A stretch of DNA of 64,000 nucleotides from Squalus acanthias (lineage: Eukaryota), in contig CM059438.1 of assembly GCA_030390025.1 (NCBI GenBank), positions 66,280,001 to 66,344,000 on the forward strand. Reading direction: 5' to 3'. Positions 37,062 through 49,734 of the stretch are shown here, piece after piece. The position numbers and the translations under genes are program-made. The stretch's first letter is position 1. Each line of letters begins with the position of its first letter. Below the pieces are notes generated by a model, which searched no databases, had not been told where the DNA came from, and worked only from the letters and a program-made list of their open reading frames with translations.

Positions 37062-38450
37062 GAGGTGTGACAAAATGTTGGGAATGTTTTTATTAAAGGC
37101 TGAGGTTCGTCTGATAACTTTTGTTTTGTATTTTGGCCATTATCTCCAGGTTGTGAGAACCAGTTATGTTAATTAATGATTTGTTGTGTTTGTTTCTATT
37201 AGTTTGTCATGAAGAAATGACACACACAGAGTTTGTTAAATAAAAAAGTTGTTGTATTCAAAATGTACATGTTTGGCCTTTGGAATCATTGCTGCTTTGG
37301 CCGGCTTAGGGGTTGCGGGTTGCTTTCCATCATGTTGTTCTCCATGCCAGAAGCCATCTTCTGAGTAGAAGCAGCTTGTTATCAGCCGTTTACAGACGGC
37401 CCTTGCAGTTTCAGAATTGTGGGCCTCCCTCCCGCCTTGGTGCTGCTGCTGATCATCCTCCTCCTCTTCCTCCTCCTCTTCCTCCTCCTCCTCTGGTGGT
37501 GCACCAAGGCCTGGTGGCATTGGCTGGGTCCTGAGGATTGCCAGGTTGTGAAGCATGCAGCACACAACTATGAAGAGGGAGACTCACTCAGGCGAGTACT
37601 GCAGAGCTCCTCCTGAGTGGTCCAGACAGAGGAACCGTTGCTTGAGCACGCCGATCGTCTGCTCAATGATGTTCCTGGTGGCGATATGGCTCTCATTATA
37701 CTGCAGCTCAGCAAGGGTGTTGGGTTTACAGAGTGGTGTCATCAGCCAGGTGCAGAGTGGATAACCCTTGTCCCCAAGGAGACAACCACTTGGCTGATAC
37801 AGTGCCTGGAAAAGTTCTGCCACAGTAGTCTGGCGCAGGATGAATGCATCATGGCTGCTGCCAGGATAGTGGGCATTGACAACGAGCATCAGCTGTCTGT
37901 GGTCACAGACCAACTGGACATTTAAGGAGTGGTAGCTCTTGCGGATTTGGAAAACCTTTGGATTTTCATGCGGTGCCCGCAATGCCACATACGTGCAGTC
38001 AATGGCGCCCTGCACCATGGGGAAGCCCGCTATCCTCGCAAAGCCCATGCGCGTTCATGCTGTTTGGCCCAGGTCATGGGAAAGAGATGTATTGGCGTCT
38101 CCTTTTATAGAGGGCATTTGTCACCTCCCGGGTACAACAATGGACAGCGAACTGGGAGATATTGGTGATGTCCCCAGTAGCTGCTTGAAAGGAGCTGGTG
38201 GCATAAAAATTCAGAACCTTCACTGCCACCGACAGACACGTCCTGGTCCTCAGTTGAGGCTGCAGATCTGGCTGCAGCAGGTGGCAGAGCTCAGTGACCA
38301 CCTCCTTGCACAGCCTACACAAACACTGCTCCTCAGACAAATGTATGTAGGAGAATTGTTCCCGGAATACCCTGGGAGGGTAAGATCATAAGAACATAAG
38401 AAATAGGAGCAGGAATAGGCCAATCGGCCCTTTGAGCCTGCTCTGCCATT

Positions 38451-40442
38451 AAGAACATAAGAACATAAGAAATAGGAGCAGGAGTAGGCCAATCGGCCCC
38501 TCGAGCCTGCTCCGCCATTCAATAAGATCATGGCTGATCTGATCCTAACCGCCAATCTACTATCTATCACAGAACCATCTCCTGCATCTAACAGAATTGC
38601 ACACACGAAATAGGAGCAGAATCAGGCTACACAGTCCCTGGGCCCGCTCCACTACCCACAGGGCCATGACCGATCCGAACCTAGACTCATGTCCAAATTC
38701 CTGCCCGCTCCCCGTAACCCTTAATGCCCTTTACTTCTAGGAAACTGTCTATTTCTGTTTTAAATTTAATTAATGTTGTAGCTTCTACAGCTTTTTGTGG
38801 CAGCATATTCCATGGACCTACCACCCTCTGAGTGAAGTAGTTCCTCCTCATCTCAGTTTTGAAAGAGCAGCCCCTTATTCTAAGACTATGTCCCCTAGTT
38901 CTCGTCTCACCCGTCATCGGAAACATCCTCCCCGCATCCACCCGATCCAACCCCTTCACAATCTTATATGTTTCAATAAGATCGCCTCTCATTCTTCTGA
39001 ACTCCAATGAGTAGAGTCCCAATCTGCCCAACCTCTCCTCATATGACCACCCCCTCATCCCCGGGATTAACCGAGTGAACCTTTTTTGCACTGCCTCGAG
39101 AGCAAGGATGTCTTTCCTTAAGTAAGGACACCAAAACTGTATGCAGTATTCCAGGTGCGGTCTCACCAATACGTTGTACAACTGAAGCAATACCTCCCTA
39201 TTTTTATATTCTATCCCCCTAGCAATGAAAGCCAACATTCCATTTGCCTTCTTAATCACTTGCTGCACCTGCATACTAACCTTTTGAGTTTCATGCACCA
39301 GGACCCCCAGATCCCTTTGCACTTCAGTACTCTCCAGTTTCTTGCCATTAAGATAATAAATTGCTCTAGGATTTTTCCTGCCAAAGTGCATCACCTCACA
39401 CTTTCCAGTGTTGTATTCCATCTGCCAAATCTCTGCCCACTTACTTAGCCTGTCTATGTCCCCTTGCAGGTTTTTTATGTCCTCCTCACTCACTACTTTC
39501 CCTCCCATCTTTGTATCATCTGCAAATTTTGATATGTTACACTTGGTCCCTTCCTCCAAATCGTTAATATAGATTGTGAAGAGTTGGGGACCCAGCACTG
39601 ACCCCTGTGGAACACCACTAGTTACTGATTGCCAGTCTGAGTATGAACCATTTATCCCAACTCTTTGCTTTCTGTTAGATAGCCAATCCTCTATCCATGC
39701 CAGAATATTACCCCCAATCCCGTGATTTTTTACCTTAAGCAATAATCTTTTGTGTGGCACCTTGTCAAATGCCTTTTGGAAGTCTAAATACACTACGTCC
39801 ACTGGTTCCCCTTTATCCACTCTATATGTTACTTCCTCAAAGAACTCCAGCAAATTTGTCAAACATGACTTCCCCTTCGTAAAACCATGCTGACTTTGTC
39901 CTATTAAATTATGATTATCCAAATGTCCTGTTACTGTTTCCTTAATAATGGACTCCAAAATTTTACCTACCACAGATGTTAGGCTAACCGGTCTATAGTT
40001 ACCAGCCTTCTGTCTACTGCCCTTTTTAAATAAGGGTGTTACATTAGCAGTTTTCCAGTCTGCCGGGACCTTAGCGGAATCCAGGGAGTTTTGAAAAATT
40101 ATTACCAATGCATCTACAATCCCTACCGCCACTTCCTTCAAGACTCTAGGATGTAAGCCATCAGGTCCAGGTGATTTATCCGCCTTGAGTCCCATTATTT
40201 TACCGAGTACCACTTCCTTAGTGATTTTGATCGTGTTTAGCTCCTCTCCCCCTATAGCCCCCTGTTTGTCCAGTGTTGGGATATTCTTAGTGTCCTCTAC
40301 TGTAAAGACTGATACAAAATATTCATTCAGTGTTTTTGCCATCTCCATATTTCCCACCATTAATTTCCCGGTCTCATCCTCTAAGGGACCAACATTTACT
40401 TTAGCCACCCTTTTTCTTTTTATATAACTATAAAAACTCTTA
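38451..40442 (-). mobile_element. Young 5'-truncated CR1 nested in the 3'UTR of another CR1
   Basis: (TTCTTATG)n tail at 38451; CATT duplicated at 38447-38450 and 40443-40446. Confidence 0.88.
38687..40440 (-). CDS. CR1 ORF2 reverse transcriptase region, uninterrupted, no native start
   Basis: KSPGPDGLHP, NYRPVSLTS, YLDFQKAFDKV, GVPQGSVLGP, KFADDTK, RPHLEYCIQFW. Confidence 0.9.
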
Positions 40443-41327
40443 CATTCAATGAGATCATGGCTGATCTTCTGCCACAACTCCATTCACCGGCCCTATCGCC
40501 ATATCCCTTGATGCCCTTACTAGTCAGAAATCTATCAACTTCTGTTTTGAACATACCCAATGACTGAGCCTCCACAGCCCTCTGGGGTAGAGAATTCCAA
40601 AGATTCACCACCCTCTGTGTGAAGACATTTCTTCTCATCTCAGTCCTGAATAGCCTACCCTTTATCTTGAGGCTGTGGCCCCTGGTTCTAGACTCCCCAG
40701 CTAAGGGAAACATTCTCCCAGTATCCATCCTATCAAGCCCTGTAATAATTTTGTATACTTCAATGAGATCCCCTCTCATTCTTCTGAATTCAAGAGAATA
40801 CAGGCCTAGTTTACTCAATCTCTTCTCATACGACAGTCCCGCCATCTCAGGAATCAATCTCATGAACCTTTGTTGCACTCCCTCTATGGCAAGTATATCC
40901 TTCCTTAGGTAAGGAGACCAAAATTGTACACAGTACTCCAGGTGTGGTCTCACCAAGGCCCTATATAATTGGAGTAAGACTTCTTTACTCCTGTACTCAA
41001 ATCCTCTTGTAATGAAGGCCAGCATACCATTTGCCTTCCTAATGGCTTGCTGCACCTGCACATTCACTTTCAGTGACTCATGTACAAGGACACCCAGGAC
41101 CCTTTGAGCATCTGCATTCCCCAATCTTTCACCATTTAGGAAATACTCTGCCTTTCTGTTTTTTCTACCAAAGTGGATAACTTCACATTTATCCACATTA
41201 TATTCCATCTGCCATGTTCTCGCCCACTCACTGTGCCTTGAAGCCTCTCTACATTCTCTTCGCAACTGACACTGCCACCTAGCTTTGCATCATCAGCAAA
41301 TTTGGAAATGTTACATTTAGTCCCCTC
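40443..41327 (-). mobile_element. Host CR1 3' fragment (its tail is displaced to 38385-38450)
   Basis: ORF 40420-41265: KCEVIHFG..RPHLEYCVQFWSP..FTQRVVNLWNSLP. Confidence 0.88.
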
Positions 41328-42604
41328 AGGTCTCCTGTGCAAAGGCCAGTTGGCCCTCCTCCCTCTGGCCATGTTTGCCACGCTCTCTCTGCGTCTCTGA
41401 TGCCTCTGATTCTGCAGGCGCAGGACGATGCCCCGAATCAGTGCAGCCCCCACAGTCTCTTGACAATCGAAGCAATGAAGGTCAAACACAAAAGAACCTG
41501 CAAAGTGCTGCTCAGTAGCCAAAACTACTTCACACAGCATTGAATCTCTCCAGAAGTCTCTCTCTCTCAGAATCTCTCTCTCTCTCTCAGAATGCGTGGT
41601 GCAAAAATGTCTCCGACAAAAAAAGGCAGGAAGAGGCCGCCTTTAAATAGTGCTCTACCAGCCCCTTCCCAACTGCAAAATGTTCCACTCTCCCTGTTGT
41701 TGCTAGTGGTAGGCGGAAAGGAAGGGGGTGCCACTCAATATCCGGTCCAGGGCGCTACCGGGGCGTTGCACGCTCGACTGACATCAAGATCTGCGGGCAC
41801 AGGAGATTGTGGCGGTAGAGTTTAGCGCCGCCGCAAAAACTCTGGTCAATTTCGCGAGCGGAGCAAACATCGCCGTTCCCGGGCGCTAGTTGCTTTGCGT
41901 CCCGTTAGCACCCTCTTAGGGCACAAATGGGAGGCGCTAATCAACCGAATTTTTTCCCCTAAGATTTTAATTATAGTTTGCTTTTTGAGACTTGATTAGT
42001 GACATGGATTATATTGTCACATCATGTGGATACATTTGGCACTTGAAAATTTACCCAGCCCCACAAATACCAAGATATCATATGTGAAGGAGCGGCATGG
42101 CTCGGTAACAATTAAACGCATTTAATATTATAATTAACTGTGAAATGCACCATGATTGAGCTGTAAAACGTAATGTCGCTATTTGATTAAAAAGAAAGCC
42201 TAAAATTGTTTCTGTATGGTATAATAGAAAGGACATTCTGGGATCATATTGCAGGCCAGGGAGCACTTCTGGTTTGTTTGTGAAACAAGATTCCATGCCA
42301 AGTCATGAATATTAATTACATCATAAACATAATATAATTACAGCAACAATGCTTCTTTGTGACTCTAATTCATAAAAATAAATGCCTGCTTCTATTAGAC
42401 TTGTCTATTTTGTAATTTCAGCAGCATAATGACAGGATTCAATTGGAGACAACTGCAACAAGGACAGATGTCTTAGAAATGTGGCCCTTGCATTTTCTGG
42501 GATTTGAGGTGCCCTTATCTTTAGTCCTGGTATTTTGAGTGTGGCGCTGAACAACCCTATTTGCATCACTCCCTCACTTTTATAACACCATGGGGTTCGA
42601 GCCT

Positions 42605-43163
42605 CCTTGCAGATTGACTACTTGAATTCTCTCCTGGCTGGCTTTCCACTTTGCAGCCTCCGTAAACTTGAGCTCATCCAATACTCTGATGCCCGTACCC
42701 TAACTCGTACCAAGTACCGTCCACCCGTCACCCCTGTGCTCGCTGACCTACGTTGGCTCCCGGTCCGGCAACGCCTCAATTGAAAAATTCTCATTCTTGT
42801 TTTCAAATCCCTCCATGGCCTCACCCCTCCCCATCTCCGTAACCTCCTCCAGCCCTACTACCCTCCCAGATCTCTGCATTCCTCCAATTCTGTCCATTTG
42901 CGCATCCCCGATTTTCATCGCTCCACCATTGCCGGCCGTGCCTTCAGCTGCCTCGGCCCTAAGCTCTGGAATTCCCTCCCTAAACGTCTCCACCTCTTGC
43001 TCCTCCTTTAAGACTCTCCTTAAAACCTCCCTCTTTGACTAAGCTTTTGGTCACCTGCCCGAATATCTCCTTATGTGGCTCGGTGTCAAATTTTGTTTGA
43101 TAACACTCCTGTGAAGCGCCTTGGGAAGTTTTACTATGTTAAAGGTGCTATACTGCTGTTGCT
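42605..43163 (+). mobile_element. L2 LINE 3' end
   Basis: gactac..tctcctggctgg, aaacttgagctcatcca, 3' cctgtgaagcgccttggga...ggtgctata; reverse of 25720-26250. Confidence 0.85.
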
Positions 43164-44054
43164 AAGTGATAATCAAGGGCCTGCTCTTCTGTGACCTCAT
43201 GATGTATGCAGGCCTGGGCTTGGGGCCTTGTAACTGAGCTGTTGCTATGTGTTGACATGCTCACATCATGATGCTGCTCTGAGTCACAATGCCAGCAGGT
43301 TGATGCATCCTGACCGGCTCAGTGTGGCCAAAGGGCCACAGGAGAAGGTCATCACTTTAGGACACTAGCCCGCAGACCCAGGAAAAGGTAGTCGCTGCTG
43401 GATTGTCTTTGTACCGTCGGCTCCTGCTCTTGAGTCTTGACGCAATAACACTAAAGGTAAACTTGGCAGACCGGCTGTGCCCGTCTGCTGACCCGAGTGA
43501 GTGTGGCACTTGCACTGCTGTGACCGCCTGCCGCTTTAAGCATTGGGAGCTGACGGCATTTGCGAGTGATACAAAAAGCAGCTGTTCGACACGGGCTGCC
43601 ATTTGCTGCAGGGAGGATGGGTCCTTTGCATTGGTGGGCGCTGTCAGCATTGTGAGACCCACTTACCTGCAGTAAATGATGCCTCAGTACAGTACAAGGC
43701 CCTTGGAGGAATTCAACTGGGCAATTCATTTCCCACTGCCTTGTATGTTTCAGCACCACGAGTGTTTAAAGCACAGTTATCTGGGCGATTGCAACAATTT
43801 CAACATCACTTATTTATTTATGGCACTTCCAGAGGATTGCTTATTTAAAAAATCTATCAGCGTATACAAAGAGTCATTAGTAATATTTTTTGCTTTGTGT
43901 AGTCATGGCTCTGGTTTTCTCCCTTTCCCTGTCCCTCCCCTGAGGCTTGACAGCAAGAGGGAGTTGAAGTAGTATCAATTTTTTAAAAACCCAGGGGGCT
44001 TCAGCAACCCAGGGGGCTTTACCAATCCTATCGTTTCAATTCTTTTCAATTCAT

Positions 44055-44514
44055 TGTCAGCTGTGGCTCAGTGGGTAGTACACTCGCCTCTGAGTCAGAA
44101 GGTTGTGGGTTCACAGTCCCACTCCAGGGACTTGAGCACATAAAGCTAGGCTGACACTCAGTGTAGTACTGAGGGAGCGCTGCACTGTCGGAGGTGCCGT
44201 CTTGTGGATGAGATGTTAAACCGAGGCCCCGTCTGCTCTCTCAGGTGGATGTAAAAGATCCCATGGCCACTATTTCGAAGAAGAGCAGTGGAGTTATCCC
44301 GGTGTCCTGGTCAATATTTATCCCTCAACCAACATAACAAAAACAGATCATCTGGTCATTATCACTTTGCTGTTTGTGGGAGCTTGCTGTGAACAAATTG
44401 GCTGCTGCTTTTCCCACATTCCAACAGTGACTCCACTTCAAAAGTACTTAATTGACTGTAAAGCGCTTTGAGACGTCCGGTGGTCGTGAATATATAAATG
44501 CAAGTCTTTCTTTC
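44055..44514 (+). mobile_element. tRNA-derived DeuSINE (SacSINE1-like), full length
   Basis: A-box TGGCTCAGTGG 44064-44074, B-box-like GGTTCACAGTCC 44108-44119, Deu-like core ttaaaccgagg..aaagatcccatggc..gtcctgg, L2-like tail. Confidence 0.82.
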
Positions 44515-44671
44515 TGTACGTTCAGTTAAAGCTTAGAAACTCATCTCGGATGAAGGCAGCATTGTTACGCTGAACGTCCAAAGGCACAGTGGTCCTCTGG
44601 AACTTCGGCCAAGCAACCTTTCTTCATGTGAGGATTTCGATGGTGAGTGTTGGGCTATTTGTTGTGGGGTG

Positions 44672-45040
44672 CCATAGAGTCATAGAGTTATACAGCACAG
44701 AAAGAGGCCCTTCGGCCCATCGTGTCTGCACCGGCCATCAAGCCCTATCTATTCTACTCCCATTTTCCAGAACTTGGTCCGTAGCCTTGTATGCTATGGC
44801 GTTTCAAGTGCTCATCTAAATGCTTCTTGAATGTTGTGAGGGTTCCTGCCTCTACCACCCTTTCAGACAGTGAGTTCCAGATTCCAACCACCCTCTGGGT
44901 GAAAAAGTTTTCCCTCTAAACCTCCTGCCCCTTACCTTGAAACTATGCCCCCTGGTTATTGACCCCACTGCTGAGGGGAAAAGTTCCTATCTATGGCCCT
45001 CATAATTTTGTACACCTCAATCAGGTCCCCTCTCAGCCCA
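44672..45040 (-). mobile_element. CR1 3' end
   Basis: Colinear with 23190-23540; catagagt tail. Confidence 0.85.
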
Positions 45041-45848
45041 ATCTAGTGCAAACCTGCCACAAACATGCACAGACACAATCACAAACAGCCGCACATGCAC
45101 ACACATACACAGACAAAAGCACATATATACGAGTACAGTATAATTCTGATCACCGGTAAGAACGCGGGTCATTTTTCCCCATCCCTGGCTCAGGGCTACT
45201 GCAGCCAGTTGGTGGCATCTCCATTCTCCATGGGCTGACTCGGTAGAGACCAGGTCTTGAACCTGGCAACTTCCTGCTCTGAATGAGTCATTTCCACATC
45301 AGGTGATCCGCTTACCCACTGAGCTGTCAGGGCGAATTTCGATTAGCTTTAACAGAATTTCACTTCCTCTGTCCGTTTCCATTGATTTACATATAGATTT
45401 CTGTTTAACTACCAAGTTTTCCGCCATCATTCGGAGAATTGTCAAAGTTGAGATTCTGAGTTCAACAGAAGTGCAGCGTTGAATGAATATACGGAGCTGA
45501 AATGATAAGATTGCTGAAGGCCTCTGGGTTAATAATGGTGTTAGTTCAACTCTTTCTGACTGTCTGTTTTAGGCATTCCTTCCAGCCAGCTTCTCTGGTG
45601 TCATCAACATTCACTGTTAAACTACACAAAGCAACAAAATACATTTTTTAAAGAGAATAATGCTCTGCAATTCACCTTATCAAGGAGTGTTTAGTAGAAG
45701 TAGATCGGTTAATTTAAAATTTGGGAACTTGAGTACAGAGTGGTTTCAATGAGCCTTGGTGCCCAACTGCCTTCATTTCAGCTCCTTCATAGTGATGCAA
45801 AGAAAAAACTGGGTTTCTGATGACTCAGTTGACCGAGGCCAACTTTAA

Positions 45849-46692
45849 GGGCTGGATTTTGAAACTGGGGACGGGATGGAGGCGGGACTCCCACTTTTTG
45901 GGTTGTAGTCCCGCCTCCATCGACTTGTGGCCAACCCACTGTAGTTTCACTTGATTGACCTTGTTGAGCCCGCCCAGCGGGCTCAGCAGGCCAATCAAGG
46001 GCCACCCGGCAACAGGTGACATCACAGATTGACATTTCATCTGTCAAGAGCTTTTGACAGATGAAATATCAGCGTTTGACAGCTCTGTGAAGCTGTCAAA
46101 CACTGACAATCTGTCCTCTAAGTTAATTCCTTCCTCTCAGGCTGATTTAGAGATCTCTGCAGAACAAAAAGCAGAGGCTGCAGCTTTTGACAGCTCAACG
46201 GCCATTCTGCTTTCTGTGCCGGTGAGATTTCTGACTCCCGAGACCTGAAGGGCTGACACCTGCAGGAGGAAGTTAAGGTAAGTAAAACTTTTTTCCACAC
46301 TTTACACTTACCTTACACACTTACCTCTGCACACATGCACCCATCACTCACCTGCCCACCGGAAATATCGACCCCTCCAACCCCTGCAGACCCACGGTCT
46401 GCCTTGCTGAAACGGCGTGGTTAGGACCTGTCGGAGAGCCCACATTTCAGGCATAAAAATAGGAATTAGGCAAAAAACTGCCTGTTAACTTCCTGTTAAC
46501 AGGCAGTTTATTGCCATTAATCCCCTTCCCGCCTCGGGGAGGCTGGTCCCAGCACAGGTCGGGTACCCGCCTCCAGCGAAACTGGCATGGAGGTGGGTTG
46601 GGGGCGGGATGGGGTCGGGACCCCCGATTCAGCAATTTTCAATCCAGTCCCGCCTCCAAACCCGCCTCCACGGCTCAATGAAAATGCTGCCC
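45849..46692. mobile_element. Harbinger-type MITE, family B
   Basis: GGGCTGGATTTT...AAAATGCTGCCC with the canonical TAA/TAA TSD. Confidence 0.87.
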
Positions 46693-46941
46693 TAAGTGTT
46701 TCACATAGGCATTCTGCATTTTTAGGGCAGGGTCTAACTGTTTGTGTTGGCAAATTGAAATCACTGCAGCTCCTTCCCTCAGCGCTGCTCCCAATTCAAT
46801 TGCACTGAATCCTTGGAAACACAGCAGGAAGGAAGAGTTATCAGCAGCGTGGAAGAGAAAGGGGAGCTGGGAGCAGTGCTGGAGGGAACCGAGAAGAATG
46901 GTTGTGAGAACTGGAAGGCTGGAGGAAGATGAGCACCTGCT

Positions 46942-47727
46942 TGAACTGATGGGGTGAGGAGAGTTCCTGCATGAACTGAGGGGGTGAGAAGAGTGACCGC
47001 ATGCCTGAGGGGGTGAGGAGAGTGACCGCTTGAACTGAGGGGGTGAAGAGAGTGACCGCATGAACTGAGGGGGCGAGGAGAGTGACCGCATGAACTGAGG
47101 GGGTGAGGAGAGTGACCGCATGAACTGAGGGGATGAGGAGAGTGACCACATGAACTGAGGGGATGAGGAGAGTGACCACATGAACTGAGGGGATGAGGAG
47201 AGTGACCGCATGAACTGAGGGGGTGAGGAGAGTGACCGCATGAACTGAGGGGGTGAGGAGAGTGACCGCTTGAACTGAGGGGGTGAAGAGAGTGACCGCA
47301 TGAACTGAGGGGGCGAGGAGAGTGACCGCATGAACTGAGGGGGTGAGGAGAGTGACCGCATGAACTGAGGGGATGAGGAGAGTGACCACATGAACTGAGG
47401 GGGCGAGGAGAGTGACCGCATGAACTGAGGGGGTGAGGAGAGTGACCGCATGAACTGAGGGGGTGAAGAGAGTGACCGCATGAACTGAGGGGGCGAGGAG
47501 AGTGACCGCATGAACTGAGGGGGTGAGGAGAGTGACCGCATGAACTGAGGGGGTGAAGAGAGTGACCGCATGAACTGAGGGGGTGAGGAGAGTGACCGCA
47601 TGAACTGAGGGGGTGAGGAGAGTGACCGCATGAACTGAGGGGTGAAGAGAGTGACCGCATGAACTGAGGGGGTGAGGAGAGTGACCGCATGAACTGAGGG
47701 GGCGAGGAGAGTGACCGCATGAACTGA
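46942..47727. repeat. 30-bp minisatellite, ~26 units
   Basis: Unit CATGAACTGAGGGGGTGAGGAGAGTGACCG with a few variant positions. Confidence 0.97.
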
Positions 47728-48157
47728 CAGCATGACCTAGGGTGAGGCGGTGGGAGATGGGGGGTGGGGCGGGGGGGTTTGGAGGGGCGGGGTAAACACT
47801 GCCATTTTGAATTGAAGGGGGAAATGGAAAAGAGTGCAAATGTCAATTGATGGGGTGAGGAGCGAATTGAAGAGTATCTCCTTGAGAACAGTATCAGCAA
47901 TTTTAAAACAATATAACAACCAGATTGAGCACGGCTGACTAGCAATATATGCACAATAGGCTGCAATTTCTTTGCAAGAAATGAGGCCAGGTTTCAACCC
48001 AGTACCTCATTTGTACAGCAATCAGTGGTAAGTTTAGCAATATTACTCTTAGGTGACAAGAATGGAAGAACACACTGGCACAGTTGAAAATGGGAGAGTA
48101 ATTTGATGAGGTTGTGGTTGAGGGGTATTGTTTAAACAGTCTAAACAAAGATTTATT

Positions 48158-48915
48158 GGCCCAGAAATTCCGTTCGCAGCCTTCCGCGGGCGGAGGGCTG
48201 CGATTTGGAAAAATCTGCGCCCTTACCCGAGGGCTCCCGGGAGGCGCAGAATTCCGTTGCTGTGCCTCTTCAAACTGCCGGTGTACAGGGCACGCGTATC
48301 CCAGGGGCACAGGTGGTTCGCAGCGTTCCTGGGATCACGTGGGCCATGGGGAGCCAATCAGAGCAGGGAATCTCCATTCATAGATTTGACAGGAAGACCT
48401 GTCAAATCTATTAATAGAGATCAGCCCCAAAACATAAGTAAAACTTCAAATAATTTTTTTTTAAAAATTACATTTTTAAAATGACTATAAATTACATAAG
48501 TTAACTATTTTAAACAAAAATTTAAGTTTTTGAAAAAAATAATTAAAGTTTTAAACGGGGCTAAAAATAAACGTACCTTTCTTTAAAGTATTTTAAAATG
48601 ATAAATCAGTGAAAAATTTTTTTTTTTTTACTTTCTTAAACTATTAGCCTGGTAAAAGCAAGCCTTGCGCCTGCTTTTCTAGGCGCAGCTGTTCCCGACT
48701 TACCTGGACTGAAGCAACTGTGAAAAAAACGGAAGTTTCTGCCGTACGCGCTGCCTATCCGGCGCAGGCGTTTGTCCAGTCAAGCCCTTTCTGCAGAGAA
48801 CGGAAGTTCCGGTTTCCAGTGCATGCGCAGTGCATGCGTAAAACCGACACTTCCGTTGGCCCTACGGGTGAGTACACCGCGCGTACACACCCGTAGGGAA
48901 CGGAATTTCTAGGCC
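48158..48915 (-). mobile_element. Harbinger-type MITE, family A (reverse orientation)
   Basis: GGCCCAGAAATTCCG...CGGAATTTCTAGGCC; internal blocks are reverse complements of the 28305 copy. Confidence 0.85.
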
Positions 48916-48921
48916 AATGTA

Positions 48922-49360
48922 TCAGTTTACCTCAGTGGGTAGCATTCTCCATTCTGATTCCGAGGTTCTGAGTTTAATCCCCACTCCAGTATCTGAGCCC
49001 ATAATGTAGGCTGACATTTCATTGCAGTACTGCGGGAGTGATGCATTGCTTGAGATATCGTCTTTCAGCAATGTTAAACTGAGATCCTGCCTGACAGTTC
49101 GGGAGGTTTCATTGGATGTTAAAGAATCCATGGCAGTATTCGAAGTACAGCAGGGAATTCTTCCACTGTTTCGATTCCCTCAACTAACACCACAGAAAAT
49201 AGATTAACTCATCATTCATCTCATTGCTGTTCATGGTTCTACGCTGTGCACAAAATGGCCACCCACTTATCCACATAGTTGCAGTAACTGTACAATGTAA
49301 TTCATTCTCTGGCATACATCTGGGAAGCATGATGAGGCGCTGTATAAATACAAGTTCTGT
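48922..49360 (+). mobile_element. Older DeuSINE copy
   Basis: ctcagtgggtagca..ttaatcccactcca..atccatggca..tataaatacaagt. Confidence 0.65.
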
Positions 49361-49734
49361 ACTGCTTTCCAGGTATTGGATGTTGGCCGCTGTTGGATTG
49401 CCAGTGGAATGATAGATGTTCAAACCTGTCTGCTCCATATGTCTACACACGCGTACCTCCAGCGGCAGCAGTTGGAAAACAATAAGGAGAGGGAGCTCGG
49501 GCTGATTTTCTCCTCCCTTATCCATGGACACTGAGGCTGATTAGCGCATCGACCATCTCCACAGCTGAGCACAGCCAGCCACACAGGCTGGGGTTGGAAC
49601 CTGGGTCCTTGCTGATCTATAATGGTTGAGCCATTCGTTGGCTTAAGCAGCTGTGTGCCTTCTTAAACCCATTCAGGGTGTCTTTGTTGCATTTGTGTGC
49701 TGGATCCTTGAAGTGCTCCCTCGATACCAGTTAC

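Larger units (their letters stand above)
37360..41500 (-). pseudogene. Harbinger DDE transposase (HARBI1-like), interrupted by CR1s at 38385-41327
   Basis: [62 protein letters not shown] and a poly-Glu tail; N-terminus at ~41330-41500. Confidence 0.92.
34892..41959. mobile_element. PIF/Harbinger DNA transposon, autonomous-type but decayed
   Basis: 16-bp TIR GGGGGAGAAATTCGGT / ACCGAATTTTTTCCCC, flanks CAA/TAA; convergent Myb-like gene and transposase. Confidence 0.92.

Noticed and set aside
37360..38384. Domesticated host HARBI1 gene
   Set aside because: Frameshifted, interrupted by CR1s, bounded by TIRs and present as a second copy, so it is a transposon remnant
44055..44130. tRNA gene
   Set aside because: The A and B boxes belong to a SINE head that continues into the Deu core and L2-like tail
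46942..47727. CRISPR-like regularity
   Set aside because: Head-to-tail units with no unique spacers, no cas genes, eukaryotic context
46675..47966. Three long minus-strand ORFs (332-395 aa)
   Set aside because: By-product of a stop-free 30-bp tandem repeat; the peptides are pure 10-residue repeats
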